This document shows positions 14,564 to 23,758 of a stretch of DNA of 64,000 nucleotides, one piece after another. A program made the translations under genes and the position numbers. Source of the DNA: a virus; IMG/VR virus record IMGVR_UViG_3300012271_000010, positions 1 to 64,000 of that record, one strand, 5' to 3'. The notes under the pieces are model-generated. The model had not been told where the DNA came from, ran no database searches, and saw only the letters and a program-made list of their open reading frames with translations. Position 1 is the first letter of the stretch. Each line of letters begins with the position of its first letter.

Positions 14564-14744
14564 ACTAGGTGAACTGGTCACAGCTTGTGGAAACGGAGCC
14601 GCCGCCAGCCGAAAATTTGGAATTTTGATTAAAGTAGTGGATGAAGAAGACGGCGACACTTGGTATGACGCAAATGTCTATTGGGTAGGTAAATATCCTC
14701 GTTTTGAGAGGGTGTGTCTCTCTTATCTAAGAAAAATAACTTGA
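14538..14744 (+). CDS. Small SH3/KOW-like hypothetical protein
   Basis: LKLGELV...FGI pattern. Confidence 0.5.
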   Translation: MKMKKIELKLGELVTACGNGAAASRKFGILIKVVDEEDGDTWYDANVYWVGKYPRFERVCLSYLRKIT

Positions 14745-14769
14745 CACCGTCAAATTAAACTGTTAGAAC
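14741..14769 (+). promoter_or_regulatory. sigma70-type promoter (copy 1 of a related pair)
   Basis: ttgacaccgtcaaattaaactgttagaac. Confidence 0.55.
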
Positions 14770-14783
14770 CAACTTATTAAAGT

Positions 14784-15008
14784 ATGAAATCATTATTTAA
14801 AAAAGGAGATCTAGTAAAAATAAAAGAAAGTGTTGGCGGAAACGATACACTATTTAAAGGATTTGGCATAATAATAGATATAAAAAAATATCCTGACAGA
14901 AAAGGAACAATGTTGATAATGAATAGAATTTATTTCTTAAAAACAGGACAAGAAGATATTTTTGGTGACGATGAAATCGATAAAAAATACTTGACACCGG
15001 CGAAATAA
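14784..15008 (+). CDS. Small SH3/KOW-like hypothetical protein
   Basis: FKKGDLVKI...GIII pattern. Confidence 0.55.
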   Translation: MKSLFKKGDLVKIKESVGGNDTLFKGFGIIIDIKKYPDRKGTMLIMNRIYFLKTGQEDIFGDDEIDKKYLTPAK

Positions 15009-15019
15009 ACTGCTAGAGT
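14991..15019 (+). promoter_or_regulatory. sigma70-type promoter (copy 2 of a related pair)
   Basis: ttgacaccggcgaaataaactgctagagt. Confidence 0.55.
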
Positions 15020-15177
15020 CTATTTATAAAAAGGAGGAGAGATCATGTGTAAAGAAATGTTATTTGTTGAACAACTGGAAAGTGAACTTCTCCTTTTGCC
15101 CGTCTAGGGTCAAACAAATAGAAAAATTGAATAGTTCGAGTCTAGATTGGATAAACCTTTCTTTGTAAAATTTATGT

Positions 15178-15256
15178 GTGGGTAAGGGCGATTTTGGTAC
15201 GCCACTCCGTTTGGGGCGGAGAAATCTTGAGAGTTCGAACCTCTCTACCCGCACCA
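15178..15256 (+). tRNA. tRNA-Pro(TGG)
   Basis: gtgggta/tacccgc, ctccg-ttTGGgg-cggag, CCA. Confidence 0.82.
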
Positions 15257-15336
15257 TTGGCATCACTAAAGGGGCTGTGATTTAATAGAGGGGGCTAAAA
15301 CCCTGAAGCCTTGTTTTTTGTTAAAGGTGTAGTTAC

Positions 15337-15615
15337 ATGTCAAATGTTAAAATTGAAGAATATAGAAAATTACTTGAAAAGGTCTCAAGAATACGCTCTC
15401 AACAAGGAGAGGTGACATCGTTGATCGAGCAAACTCTCGCCGCAGGAGCCATTGGCACCGCTACAAGTATGAAATACCATTGTTCGGATTTGGAAGATAC
15501 AGAAGATTCATATCTCGAACAAATGGATAAAGTTTGGTACTCAATGTCCGAAGAAGAAATTGAAGTTATAAAAAATCTTTTATCTAAAGAGAGAGAAAAT
15601 GATAACGAATCTTAA
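15337..15615 (+). CDS. Hypothetical protein
   Basis: 92 aa ORF. Confidence 0.6.
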   Translation: MSNVKIEEYRKLLEKVSRIRSQQGEVTSLIEQTLAAGAIGTATSMKYHCSDLEDTEDSYLEQMDKVWYSMSEEEIEVIKNLLSKERENDNES

Positions 15616-15733
15616 TGTCCCACCAGAATTTTATCAATTGGCGCACCCACGACCCGCACTATGTTTGGAAACAAGGTGTTAGTTATGGAGGAAGTTCTTG
15701 CTGGATTCCAGCGATTAGATAAAAAATAAGTTT

Positions 15734-15807
15734 GGCTGTGTATTCCAACTGGCAGAGAAGATCGACTTAGAATCGATACAGTGTGGGTTCGACTCCCACC
15801 ACAGCTA
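15734..15807 (+). tRNA. tRNA-Leu(TAG), short variable region
   Basis: ggctgtg/cacagct, A73, atcga-ctTAGaa-tcgat; no encoded CCA. Confidence 0.85.
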
Positions 15808-16006
15808 GGAATGAAAAGTTAAAGTACCTGCATGCGGTTCATTCTGCACGACCCTTGATTTGGTCGACTAAATCTTTAACGATTAACCAGTATTTGTCTT
15901 TAGCTTTTTGATTCATTTTAATTATCGAGGAGTGAGTTGCACTGGATACGTCAACGGTTATTGGCAAACGGTCTCTTACGGCTGTTAAAAAACAAAGAAA
16001 TAAAAC

Positions 16007-16468
16007 ATGAATATTTTTGTTCTAGATTCAGATCCTGTTAAGGCGGCAGAATATCAATGTGATAAACATGTCGTTAAGATGATTTTAGAAACTGCACAAA
16101 TGCTGTGTACTGCAATACATGAGACTGGTGGAAATGCACATTATAAATCAACACATCGAAATCACCCTTGTACGATATGGGCTAGAAAAAGCAAAGGAAA
16201 CTTTGCATGGTTGAAAACCCACGGTTTAGCTTTGTGTAAAGAATATAATAAAAGATATGGGAAGGTTCACAAATCGCAAGCAGTGATAGAAGAATGTCTA
16301 GACCTAACTATTCCAGATGGATGTAAGACTAACTTTGCTCTTGCAATGCCTGACTATTGTAAGGTTGATAACGTGGTCGATTCTTATAGGAACTACTATT
16401 TAAAAGAGAAATCTAACATTGCAAAATGGAAACTAGGCAACAAGCCGGATTGGTTCTTAATCGAATAA
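16007..16468 (+). CDS. Pyrimidine-dimer DNA glycosylase (DenV)-like protein
   Basis: MNIFVLD...DKHVVKMILETAQML...HRNHPCTIW...RYGKVH...YRNYY. Confidence 0.75.
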   Translation: MNIFVLDSDPVKAAEYQCDKHVVKMILETAQMLCTAIHETGGNAHYKSTHRNHPCTIWARKSKGNFAWLKTHGLALCKEYNKRYGKVHKSQAVIEECLDLTIPDGCKTNFALAMPDYCKVDNVVDSYRNYYLKEKSNIAKWKLGNKPDWFLIE

Positions 16469-16472
16469 AATA

Positions 16473-16868
16473 TTGATTAAAACTTTGTCACATTTAATAA
16501 GCGAGCATCCACAGTTCAGTTTCGAACCAGGGATGCTCGTTTTATTTCACAATACTTTAGAAAAGACGATAAAGTTACGGATTAAGAGCCACGACCAGGC
16601 ACGACTTTGGAAGTTGGCAGATGAGCACCTACAACCTGTGCTCGATGATTACAGTACAGCTGGAGTCCTCTTACACATACTTCAGACGACGATCGGAGAA
16701 GGCTGTGAGATTGAACTGGAACGTAAAGTTTGGTTTTTCACTCCAACGTGGTCGATCAAAATAAAGAGATATTTTATAAAAGAAGAGGACAGTATACTAG
16801 GAAATGTTCTAGCGACTGTCCTCTTGAAGTTGTGGGATGAAAGAAAGTTAGAAAGAAGCAACTCCTAA
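16473..16868 (+). CDS. Hypothetical protein
   Basis: 131 aa ORF. Confidence 0.55.
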   Translation: MIKTLSHLISEHPQFSFEPGMLVLFHNTLEKTIKLRIKSHDQARLWKLADEHLQPVLDDYSTAGVLLHILQTTIGEGCEIELERKVWFFTPTWSIKIKRYFIKEEDSILGNVLATVLLKLWDERKLERSNS

Positions 16869-17534
16869 TAAGAATTTGTGAATTTCTTCTAATGGAACCA
16901 TCATACCGATGTTTTCTAAGTCTGGTGAAGCTCTTGAAGTAATTCCGATCACTTCCCAGTCTTTATTGAAAATAGGAGAACCTGAACTTCCTCCTTTGGT
17001 TGGTATAGTGTACAAATCAAATTCAAAATCAAGTGCTGGATGAAGAAATCTTCCTGAATAATATCCTTCAAATTGGAGAACCATGTTTTTACCATGAATT
17101 CCCAAAGGAGCAGATAAGTTGTAAGCTTTGTCGCCTGGTTTGACCATCTCTTTGGCAATGAAACTAAAGTCCCGCCCGATGCGGTTTCTAGATTCAAAAA
17201 CGCACAAATCCGTTACTTTTGGATCAGATACCTTTAATATGTCAATTTCGTAAACTTGTTGTTCTAAATCGATAGCGAAAGATTTACGGGTGTTGTCATC
17301 ACAAACATGTCCAGCTGATAAAATTAAAGTTTTCTCAGCAGAATGATGTATGATTACTCCTGAAGCAGATCCAATTTCAACTTCTTCTTTTTGGAAAACA
17401 AGCTTGACAAAAGAGTCCCGTGCTGCTATAATAGGAGTTATATTGCTGTTAGAGGTTTGTATAGAAGCACAAGACAGAGGGTTCATTAAGAACAAAAAAC
17501 CGAATGTTAGTGCAAAGAATTTTAAGACTTTCAT
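16848..17534 (-). CDS. Trypsin-like serine protease with signal/lipoprotein peptide
   Basis: SAGH, DLC and GGSSGSP catalytic triad motifs; MKVLKF...LSC N-terminus; only credible minus-strand gene. Confidence 0.85.
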   Translation of the reverse strand: MKVLKFFALTFGFLFLMNPLSCASIQTSNSNITPIIAARDSFVKLVFQKEEVEIGSASGVIIHHSAEKTLILSAGHVCDDNTRKSFAIDLEQQVYEIDILKVSDPKVTDLCVFESRNRIGRDFSFIAKEMVKPGDKAYNLSAPLGIHGKNMVLQFEGYYSGRFLHPALDFEFDLYTIPTKGGSSGSPIFNKDWEVIGITSRASPDLENIGMMVPLEEIHKFLLGVASF

Positions 17535-17598
17535 ATAAGTAACTATGGACCTACTGGTGCGAATCGCCAACGGTCCCATTTAATAATAAGGTAGGTAA

Positions 17599-18972
17599 AT
17601 GGCTAAAAAAAATATATATGTGCTAGACACGAACGTGTACTTGACAAACGCTAAAGCAATTTATGATTATGGAATTCATGATATTGTAGTCCCTATGAAA
17701 GTTCTTGAAGAAATCGACAAACATAAAAATAGACAAGACTCGGTTGGCTCGCAAGCGAGAAGCACGATTAGAACTTTAGATTCTTTGAGAGAACGCGGAA
17801 ATCTGAAAGCAGGTGTCCGAATTGCTAAAGGACGCGGTATTTGTCGTGTTGCAGAATCTGATACTTCACTTCTTCCTGTTGATTTGAGCCCTGACGTACC
17901 AGATAATATGATTCTTTCAACCGCTCTGTCGGTACAGAAAGAAGAAGATGCAGTCTCATTGAGGCTGTCAGCCTCAAATTTTGAAGCAACCGGCGCGAAG
18001 AAAACAAAAAAGAAAGTAATTCTTGTCACTCGTGATATCAATATGAGAGTTATTTGTGATGCTATTGGATTTCCAGTAGAAACTTATGAGCCAGAAAGTG
18101 CTGTCGAAGACAGTGATCTTCTATATTCAGGATATTCGGAAGTCCTAGTCGATGATGAATTTATTGATCGCTTTTATCAAGGCAGTGTCTCCGAATTACC
18201 AGAAGGTACTTTGAAACACGCTCCTCAACCAAATGAATTCTTGATGCTGGTCGCAAAAGGTAATGATAAAAAGACTGCTTTGGCTAGATACAAACACGGT
18301 GGTGATATTGTTCGGGTTGGCGATAGAAATGAACTGTTTGGTATTAGATCTCGTAACCGCGAACAATCTTTTGCTTTAGACCTTTTGGTTGATGATAATA
18401 TTAAAATAATTACTCTTGTTGGAAAAGCAGGATCTGGCAAGACACTTTGTGCGATTGCAGCTGGATTGAGTCAATCTCTTGAAAAAGATACTCCATATAA
18501 AAAACTTATTGTCTCTAGACCAATTCAGCCAATGGGAAAAGATATTGGATATTTGCCAGGTGATATCAACGAAAAGATGCTTCCTTGGTTAGCTCCAATC
18601 CAAGACAATTTACAATTTCTTCTCGGTGACGATAAAGAAATGTTAGCGGAGTACATTGAAAAAGGCAAAATTGAGCTTGAAGCTTTGACTTATATTCGTG
18701 GTCGCTCAATTTCTAACGCTTTCATCATCATTGATGAAGCTCAAAATTTGACCATTCACGAACTGAAGACAATTATCACCCGTGTCGGTGAAAATACGAA
18801 AATCGTCCTCACGGGTGATATCGAACAAATCGACAATGCGTTTGTCAACGATGTTACAAACGGACTTACGCATGCCGTCGAAAAATTCAAGTTTTCAGAC
18901 CTAGCTGGTCATGTAAGTTTGATCAAGGGCGAAAGGTCAAAAGTTGCCACACTTGCGGCTGCTTGCCTATAA
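17599..18972 (+). CDS. phoH: PIN-domain PhoH-family ATPase (PhoH2-like)
   Basis: VLDTNV PIN motif, TRDINMR; GKAGSGKT Walker A, GYLPG, RGRS, DEAQN, GDxxQ. Confidence 0.93.
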   Translation: MAKKNIYVLDTNVYLTNAKAIYDYGIHDIVVPMKVLEEIDKHKNRQDSVGSQARSTIRTLDSLRERGNLKAGVRIAKGRGICRVAESDTSLLPVDLSPDVPDNMILSTALSVQKEEDAVSLRLSASNFEATGAKKTKKKVILVTRDINMRVICDAIGFPVETYEPESAVEDSDLLYSGYSEVLVDDEFIDRFYQGSVSELPEGTLKHAPQPNEFLMLVAKGNDKKTALARYKHGGDIVRVGDRNELFGIRSRNREQSFALDLLVDDNIKIITLVGKAGSGKTLCAIAAGLSQSLEKDTPYKKLIVSRPIQPMGKDIGYLPGDINEKMLPWLAPIQDNLQFLLGDDKEMLAEYIEKGKIELEALTYIRGRSISNAFIIIDEAQNLTIHELKTIITRVGENTKIVLTGDIEQIDNAFVNDVTNGLTHAVEKFKFSDLAGHVSLIKGERSKVATLAAACL

Positions 18973-19000
18973 CAAAAACAACAAATAAAAAGGAAAAAAA

Positions 19001-19345
19001 ATGACTGATAAAGAAGAAGCACCAACCGAAAGTGTAAAATCTCTAGAACAACTCGAACAGGAAGCTCGTGAAGAAGTTCAAGCCGCTGTCGTACCAGATA
19101 ATCCACTAAGAACTTTGTTTGTAGAATATGTTGGAGATAACTACTCTCTAGAGGGTAGCAACGAAGTTACTATTGAGATGTGTATTCTGGCATTGGCGCA
19201 AGAGTTCCCAGAGTTTTTATCGCCCTTGTGTGAACAAAATTTTATGCTTGGATACAAACAAGCCGAAAATGATCTCATGAAGCTGCTTCAAGAACAAAGG
19301 ACTGAAGAAGTTCCTGAGCAGGCGGAAGAGTCTAATGACGACTGA
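19001..19345 (+). CDS. Hypothetical acidic protein
   Basis: 114 aa ORF. Confidence 0.7.
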   Translation: MTDKEEAPTESVKSLEQLEQEAREEVQAAVVPDNPLRTLFVEYVGDNYSLEGSNEVTIEMCILALAQEFPEFLSPLCEQNFMLGYKQAENDLMKLLQEQRTEEVPEQAEESNDD

Positions 19346-20009
19346 CGGGGTACATGATTACATTCGTCAAACAGCGAATGGATTGCAACAAGATCAATTG
19401 TTCAATAGGATTGTCGTCTATCGACAAAATCCACTCCCCCAGGATGTAGATTTAAAATCTGTTTTAAAAAAGATTGAAGAAAAAATCCCTCAATTTTTAT
19501 TTAACGATATTGATTCTATTTTTATTGGACAATTTTCTTTTTTAAAAGAAAAAGAAGTTAGTGCCATCTACGAAGATGGGGCAATATATCTCACGAATGA
19601 GCAAGAATCTGAAGATGATTTCTACTCAGATATAACACATGAACTTGCGCATGCCGTCGAAGAAACTTATCCATTAGAAATATATGGCGACCGAATAATT
19701 GAACAGGAATTCCTGGCAAAAAGAAGAAGTATGTCAGAGATTCTAAACGCTCATGGCTACAATAAATTCGGCGTCGAAAAGTATTTTCAGACAGAATATT
19801 CAATTGATTTCGATCTTTATCTTTATGAAGAAGTTGGGTATCCTATTTTGCATACTCTTTTAGAAGGGCTATTTGTTTCGCCCTACGGAGCAACTTCCTT
19901 AAGAGAATATTTTGCTAATTCCTTTGAAGAGTTTTATTCAGGAGATGTCTTTTATGTTAAATCTATCTCTCCAGCTGTGTATAAAAAGATAGTAGATATT
20001 CAATCTTGA
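19335..20009 (+). CDS. HExxH (gluzincin-like) protein
   Basis: HELAH plus EYFA motif. Confidence 0.65.
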   Translation: MTTDGVHDYIRQTANGLQQDQLFNRIVVYRQNPLPQDVDLKSVLKKIEEKIPQFLFNDIDSIFIGQFSFLKEKEVSAIYEDGAIYLTNEQESEDDFYSDITHELAHAVEETYPLEIYGDRIIEQEFLAKRRSMSEILNAHGYNKFGVEKYFQTEYSIDFDLYLYEEVGYPILHTLLEGLFVSPYGATSLREYFANSFEEFYSGDVFYVKSISPAVYKKIVDIQS

Positions 20010-20020
20010 GGAGTGAAGAA

Positions 20021-20368
20021 ATGGAAAATTGTAAAGTAAAAATTGATAAGGATAAAGGTCATGTTAGTGTTTATCTGAGTCTTCCTCTTTGGAAGCCAGG
20101 TTCTCCAAAGGTTCGTTATTATGAAAGTTGGGCAAGACAACAAGTTGAAGATAAGTTCCCAAATATTAAACTTGGGAAAACTATTATTCCTTGTGTAATG
20201 AAGAGTCAAGGACCGGTCACAGAAGGAACTTGGGTTTTTGAATTGATACAGAAGGCTCAAGTAAAGAAGATTTCCACGAAGAAGAAAACTAAAATAAAAG
20301 AGAAGGTAAATGTCGAAACCCTTGAAACAGATCAAAGAACCGTTACAGATAAAGACGAAACAATATGA
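20021..20368 (+). CDS. Hypothetical protein
   Basis: ORF with GAGGAG RBS before ATG 20021. Confidence 0.55.
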   Translation: MENCKVKIDKDKGHVSVYLSLPLWKPGSPKVRYYESWARQQVEDKFPNIKLGKTIIPCVMKSQGPVTEGTWVFELIQKAQVKKISTKKKTKIKEKVNVETLETDQRTVTDKDETI

Positions 20369-21203
20369 AGAAGAACAAGGATATTATCTCTCATGGTCTA
20401 GTACAAAAAACTGGGTTGATTGCGCTCATTATTTTAAACTAACAAAAATTGATAATGTTCCTGGTTTCGAGGGTAATCTGCATACAGCCTTCGGAAACGG
20501 CGTGCATTGGACTGTAGAGACTCAACTTAATCCACTTCGAATTGAAGAGCTGGACTTAAGTGATACTTTTACTGAGAAGTTTGAACTCGCTATATCAGAA
20601 TTACCTAATTCAGAAAAAGAAAAAATAGAGTTAGAGAGGGAAAAATTAGTTGCCAACCCTGATAAATCTAGTTTAGAAAAAGAGATGAGAGAACAAGGTC
20701 GTGAGCTGGTACATTTTTTGGTGCCCGCTCTCGACAAATTTTTTGGTCTTTGGGAACTCGTAGGTATTGAAGAAAGATTTTACGAAAAGTGTGATTTTTA
20801 TGAATTATCAAATTTTTTCTTCAAAGGGTATATTGACATTATTATAAAAACTTCTGATGGCAAGTATCACATTATAGACTGGAAAACTTGCAGTTGGGGA
20901 TGGAAAGCTGAAAAGAAAACTGAACCAATGACAACATATCAGTTGACTTTGTACAAATATTTCTTCTGTAAAAAGTATGAGATTAACCCAAAAGATGTAG
21001 AAACATATTTCGCCCTTTGCAAGAGAACGAATAAAACAGATAAGAGAGTCGAGATCTTCAAAGTGACCAGCGGAACCAAAAAAACTTCTAATGCGCTTAA
21101 CTTGTTGCGTAAGGCAGTATATAATGTTGATCATAGCTTTCATATGAAAAATCGTTTGAGTTGCCATCGCTGTCAATTTAGACACACGAAGCATTGCACC
21201 TAG
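20310..21203 (+). CDS. PD-(D/E)xK nuclease, Cas4/RecB/AddB-like
   Basis: GYID...IIDWKT, QLxLY; N-terminal Cys plus C-terminal CxxC...C. Confidence 0.85.
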   Translation: MSKPLKQIKEPLQIKTKQYEEEQGYYLSWSSTKNWVDCAHYFKLTKIDNVPGFEGNLHTAFGNGVHWTVETQLNPLRIEELDLSDTFTEKFELAISELPNSEKEKIELEREKLVANPDKSSLEKEMREQGRELVHFLVPALDKFFGLWELVGIEERFYEKCDFYELSNFFFKGYIDIIIKTSDGKYHIIDWKTCSWGWKAEKKTEPMTTYQLTLYKYFFCKKYEINPKDVETYFALCKRTNKTDKRVEIFKVTSGTKKTSNALNLLRKAVYNVDHSFHMKNRLSCHRCQFRHTKHCT

Positions 21204-21211
21204 GATAAAAC

Positions 21212-22498
21212 ATGACAGAAGAAAAAAAGATTAAAATCTTAACCATTAGTGACCATCCAATGTCTCCTTCTGGCGTTGGTACTCAAGCTAGATACATGAT
21301 TGAATATTTGCTTTCAACAGGCAAATATCAATTTGTTTCAATCGCTGGAGCTGTAAAACATCATGACTATCGTCCACAAAAAACTGAACAATGGAAAGAT
21401 GATTGGATTATTTTTCCAGTAGATGGTTATGGTAACCAGGATATGATTCGTTCTATTCTTTTAGCACAAAAACCTGACGTTCTTTGGTTTATGACTGATC
21501 CACGCTTTTATGGTTGGTTATGGGAAATCGAAGACGAAATTCGACCTTTTGTGCCAATGGTTTATTATCATGTGTGGGACAACTATCCTCTTCCGAAATT
21601 TAACAAATCTTATTATGACTCAAATGATGCAGTGATTACAATTTCAAAGTTGACTGATAATTGTGTTCGGGGTGTTTCCCCTGAAGTGAATTGTATTCAC
21701 CTTCCACACTCGGTCGACACCGAGGTCTTTAAGAAACAACCCTCTGAAGTGGTCGAAAATTTTAGGTTACAAGCATTTCCTCAAGAAAAAGATGGTTCAC
21801 CATTTATTTTTCTTTGGAATAGTAGAAATGCCCGTCGTAAGCAATCTGGTACACTGATTTTTTGGTTTAAGGAGTTCCTTGATTCCGTAGGAAGAGATAA
21901 AGCCCGTCTTATCATGCACACTGATCCTAAAGACGTTCATGGTCAAGACCTGGAAGCTATTATTCGAGAATTAGGTCTCACTAACAGCGAAGTGATGTTC
22001 TCGCGAAATAAATTACCTCCTGGAGAACTAGCAAATCTTTACAACATCGCCGATTGCACAATGAGCATATCAGATGCTGAAGGTTTTGGTCTTTCAACAT
22101 TAGAATCTATTTCTTGCGAAACTCCTATCATCGTGAATATGACTGGCGGACTACAAGAACAAGTTACAGATGGAGAAAATTGGTTTGGCATTGGAATTGA
22201 GCCTGCTTCAAAATCGATTATTGGTTCTCAGGAAGTTCCATATATTTACGAAGATCGAATGGCAAAACAAGATTGTATCGCAGCGATGACTAAAATGTAC
22301 GAAATGAGTAAAGAAGAAAGAGAAACTCTCGGTACTGCCGGTAGAAATCATGTTTTGAAAAATTACAACTTTAGAGACATGATTGAGGGTTGGGATAAAA
22401 TTTTCACCGACTTACACAATGAAAGTGGTTCATGGGATACTCGTAAAAACTACAAACGATGGACTCTAGAAGAAATGAACGTGGGAGAAACACAATGA
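21212..22498 (+). CDS. GT-B (GT4-like) glycosyltransferase
   Basis: SDHP..SGVG, RNARRK, EGFGLSTLES. Confidence 0.88.
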   Translation: MTEEKKIKILTISDHPMSPSGVGTQARYMIEYLLSTGKYQFVSIAGAVKHHDYRPQKTEQWKDDWIIFPVDGYGNQDMIRSILLAQKPDVLWFMTDPRFYGWLWEIEDEIRPFVPMVYYHVWDNYPLPKFNKSYYDSNDAVITISKLTDNCVRGVSPEVNCIHLPHSVDTEVFKKQPSEVVENFRLQAFPQEKDGSPFIFLWNSRNARRKQSGTLIFWFKEFLDSVGRDKARLIMHTDPKDVHGQDLEAIIRELGLTNSEVMFSRNKLPPGELANLYNIADCTMSISDAEGFGLSTLESISCETPIIVNMTGGLQEQVTDGENWFGIGIEPASKSIIGSQEVPYIYEDRMAKQDCIAAMTKMYEMSKEERETLGTAGRNHVLKNYNFRDMIEGWDKIFTDLHNESGSWDTRKNYKRWTLEEMNVGETQ

Positions 22499-23745
22499 AA
22501 AGGGTTTTGGTAAGAGGACCAGCTTTGTCAACGTCTGGTTACGGAGAACAATGTCGTTTTGCTTTGAGGGCACTTCTAGCTCACGAAGAGCGCTTTGAAG
22601 TATTTCTTCAGAACATTAACTGGGGACGAACTGGTTGGATTGCGATGGACGATAAAGAAAGAGTTATGATTGACCAAATGATGGGTAAAACAAGTATCTT
22701 TCTTCAACAGGGTGGAAAATTTGATATTTCACTTCAAGTTACTATTCCAAATGAGTGGGACAATAGTTTGGCACCTTATAACGTTGGATACACAGCAGGT
22801 ATCGAGTCTACCAAGATTGCTCCTCAATGGATCGAACCTAGTAACCGCATGGATAAAATTATAGTTGTTTCAAATCATGCGAAACAAGGATTTGATAATA
22901 CATCTTATTCATCTAAAAATGATATGAATGAAATTCGAGAGTTCAAAGTAGAAACTCCGATTGAAGTAGTCAATTATCCAGTTCGAGACATTGAACCCGA
23001 AACATTAGATTTAGAACTTTCCTCAGATTTTAATTTTTTGTCTGTTTGTCAGTGGGGACCAAGGAAGAATTTAGAAGCTACTATTTTTAGTTTTATAGAA
23101 GAATTTTTAAATGAAGATGTTGGTCTTGTTTTGAAAACAAACATTATGAAAAATAATGTTACTGACAAAGCAGCTTGTCATCAACGTCTCGAAGGTTTTC
23201 TTAAAAATTTTCCAAATAGAAAATGTAAGATCTATCTTGTTCACGGAAACTTAACTTCAAGTGAGATGGCTGGTCTTTATACACATCCTAAAATTAAAGC
23301 TCTTGTTTCGACTACCCATGGTGAAGGTTTTGGGTTGCCGCTGTTCGAAGCTGCATATTCTGGTCTGCCGATTATTGCTCCTAATTGGAGTGGACATGTA
23401 GACTTTTTATATGCTCCAACAAAAGATAAAAAGACTGGCAAATTTAAAAATCGTCCCCATTTCTTGAAGTTAGAATACGTTCTAAAACAAATACAACCAT
23501 CAGCTGTTTGGGAAGGTGTTTTACAGGCAGACTCTAAGTGGTGTTTCGTCAAGAATACAAATGTTAAAAAAGTGATGCGAGAAGCTTTCAATAACATCGA
23601 AATTCGTGAACTTGTCGCTAGAAAATTGAAAAAACACGTTCTTGAAAAATTCAATAAAGAAGACATCTACATGCAGTTCGCTGATGCTGTACATGAATCA
23701 GATAACGCGTGGGAAAATGATCTCGACGCAATCTCTGAAATTTAA
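22495..23745 (+). CDS. GT-B (GT4-like) glycosyltransferase
   Basis: SGYG, PRKN, GEGFGLPLFEA. Confidence 0.88.
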   Translation: MKRVLVRGPALSTSGYGEQCRFALRALLAHEERFEVFLQNINWGRTGWIAMDDKERVMIDQMMGKTSIFLQQGGKFDISLQVTIPNEWDNSLAPYNVGYTAGIESTKIAPQWIEPSNRMDKIIVVSNHAKQGFDNTSYSSKNDMNEIREFKVETPIEVVNYPVRDIEPETLDLELSSDFNFLSVCQWGPRKNLEATIFSFIEEFLNEDVGLVLKTNIMKNNVTDKAACHQRLEGFLKNFPNRKCKIYLVHGNLTSSEMAGLYTHPKIKALVSTTHGEGFGLPLFEAAYSGLPIIAPNWSGHVDFLYAPTKDKKTGKFKNRPHFLKLEYVLKQIQPSAVWEGVLQADSKWCFVKNTNVKKVMREAFNNIEIRELVARKLKKHVLEKFNKEDIYMQFADAVHESDNAWENDLDAISEI

Positions 23746-23758
23746 ATTAGGAATTTAA

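Noticed and set aside
20310-21203. Cas4-like nuclease as evidence of a CRISPR system
   Set aside because: Stand-alone Cas4/RecB-like nucleases are common in phages; no array or other cas genes seen
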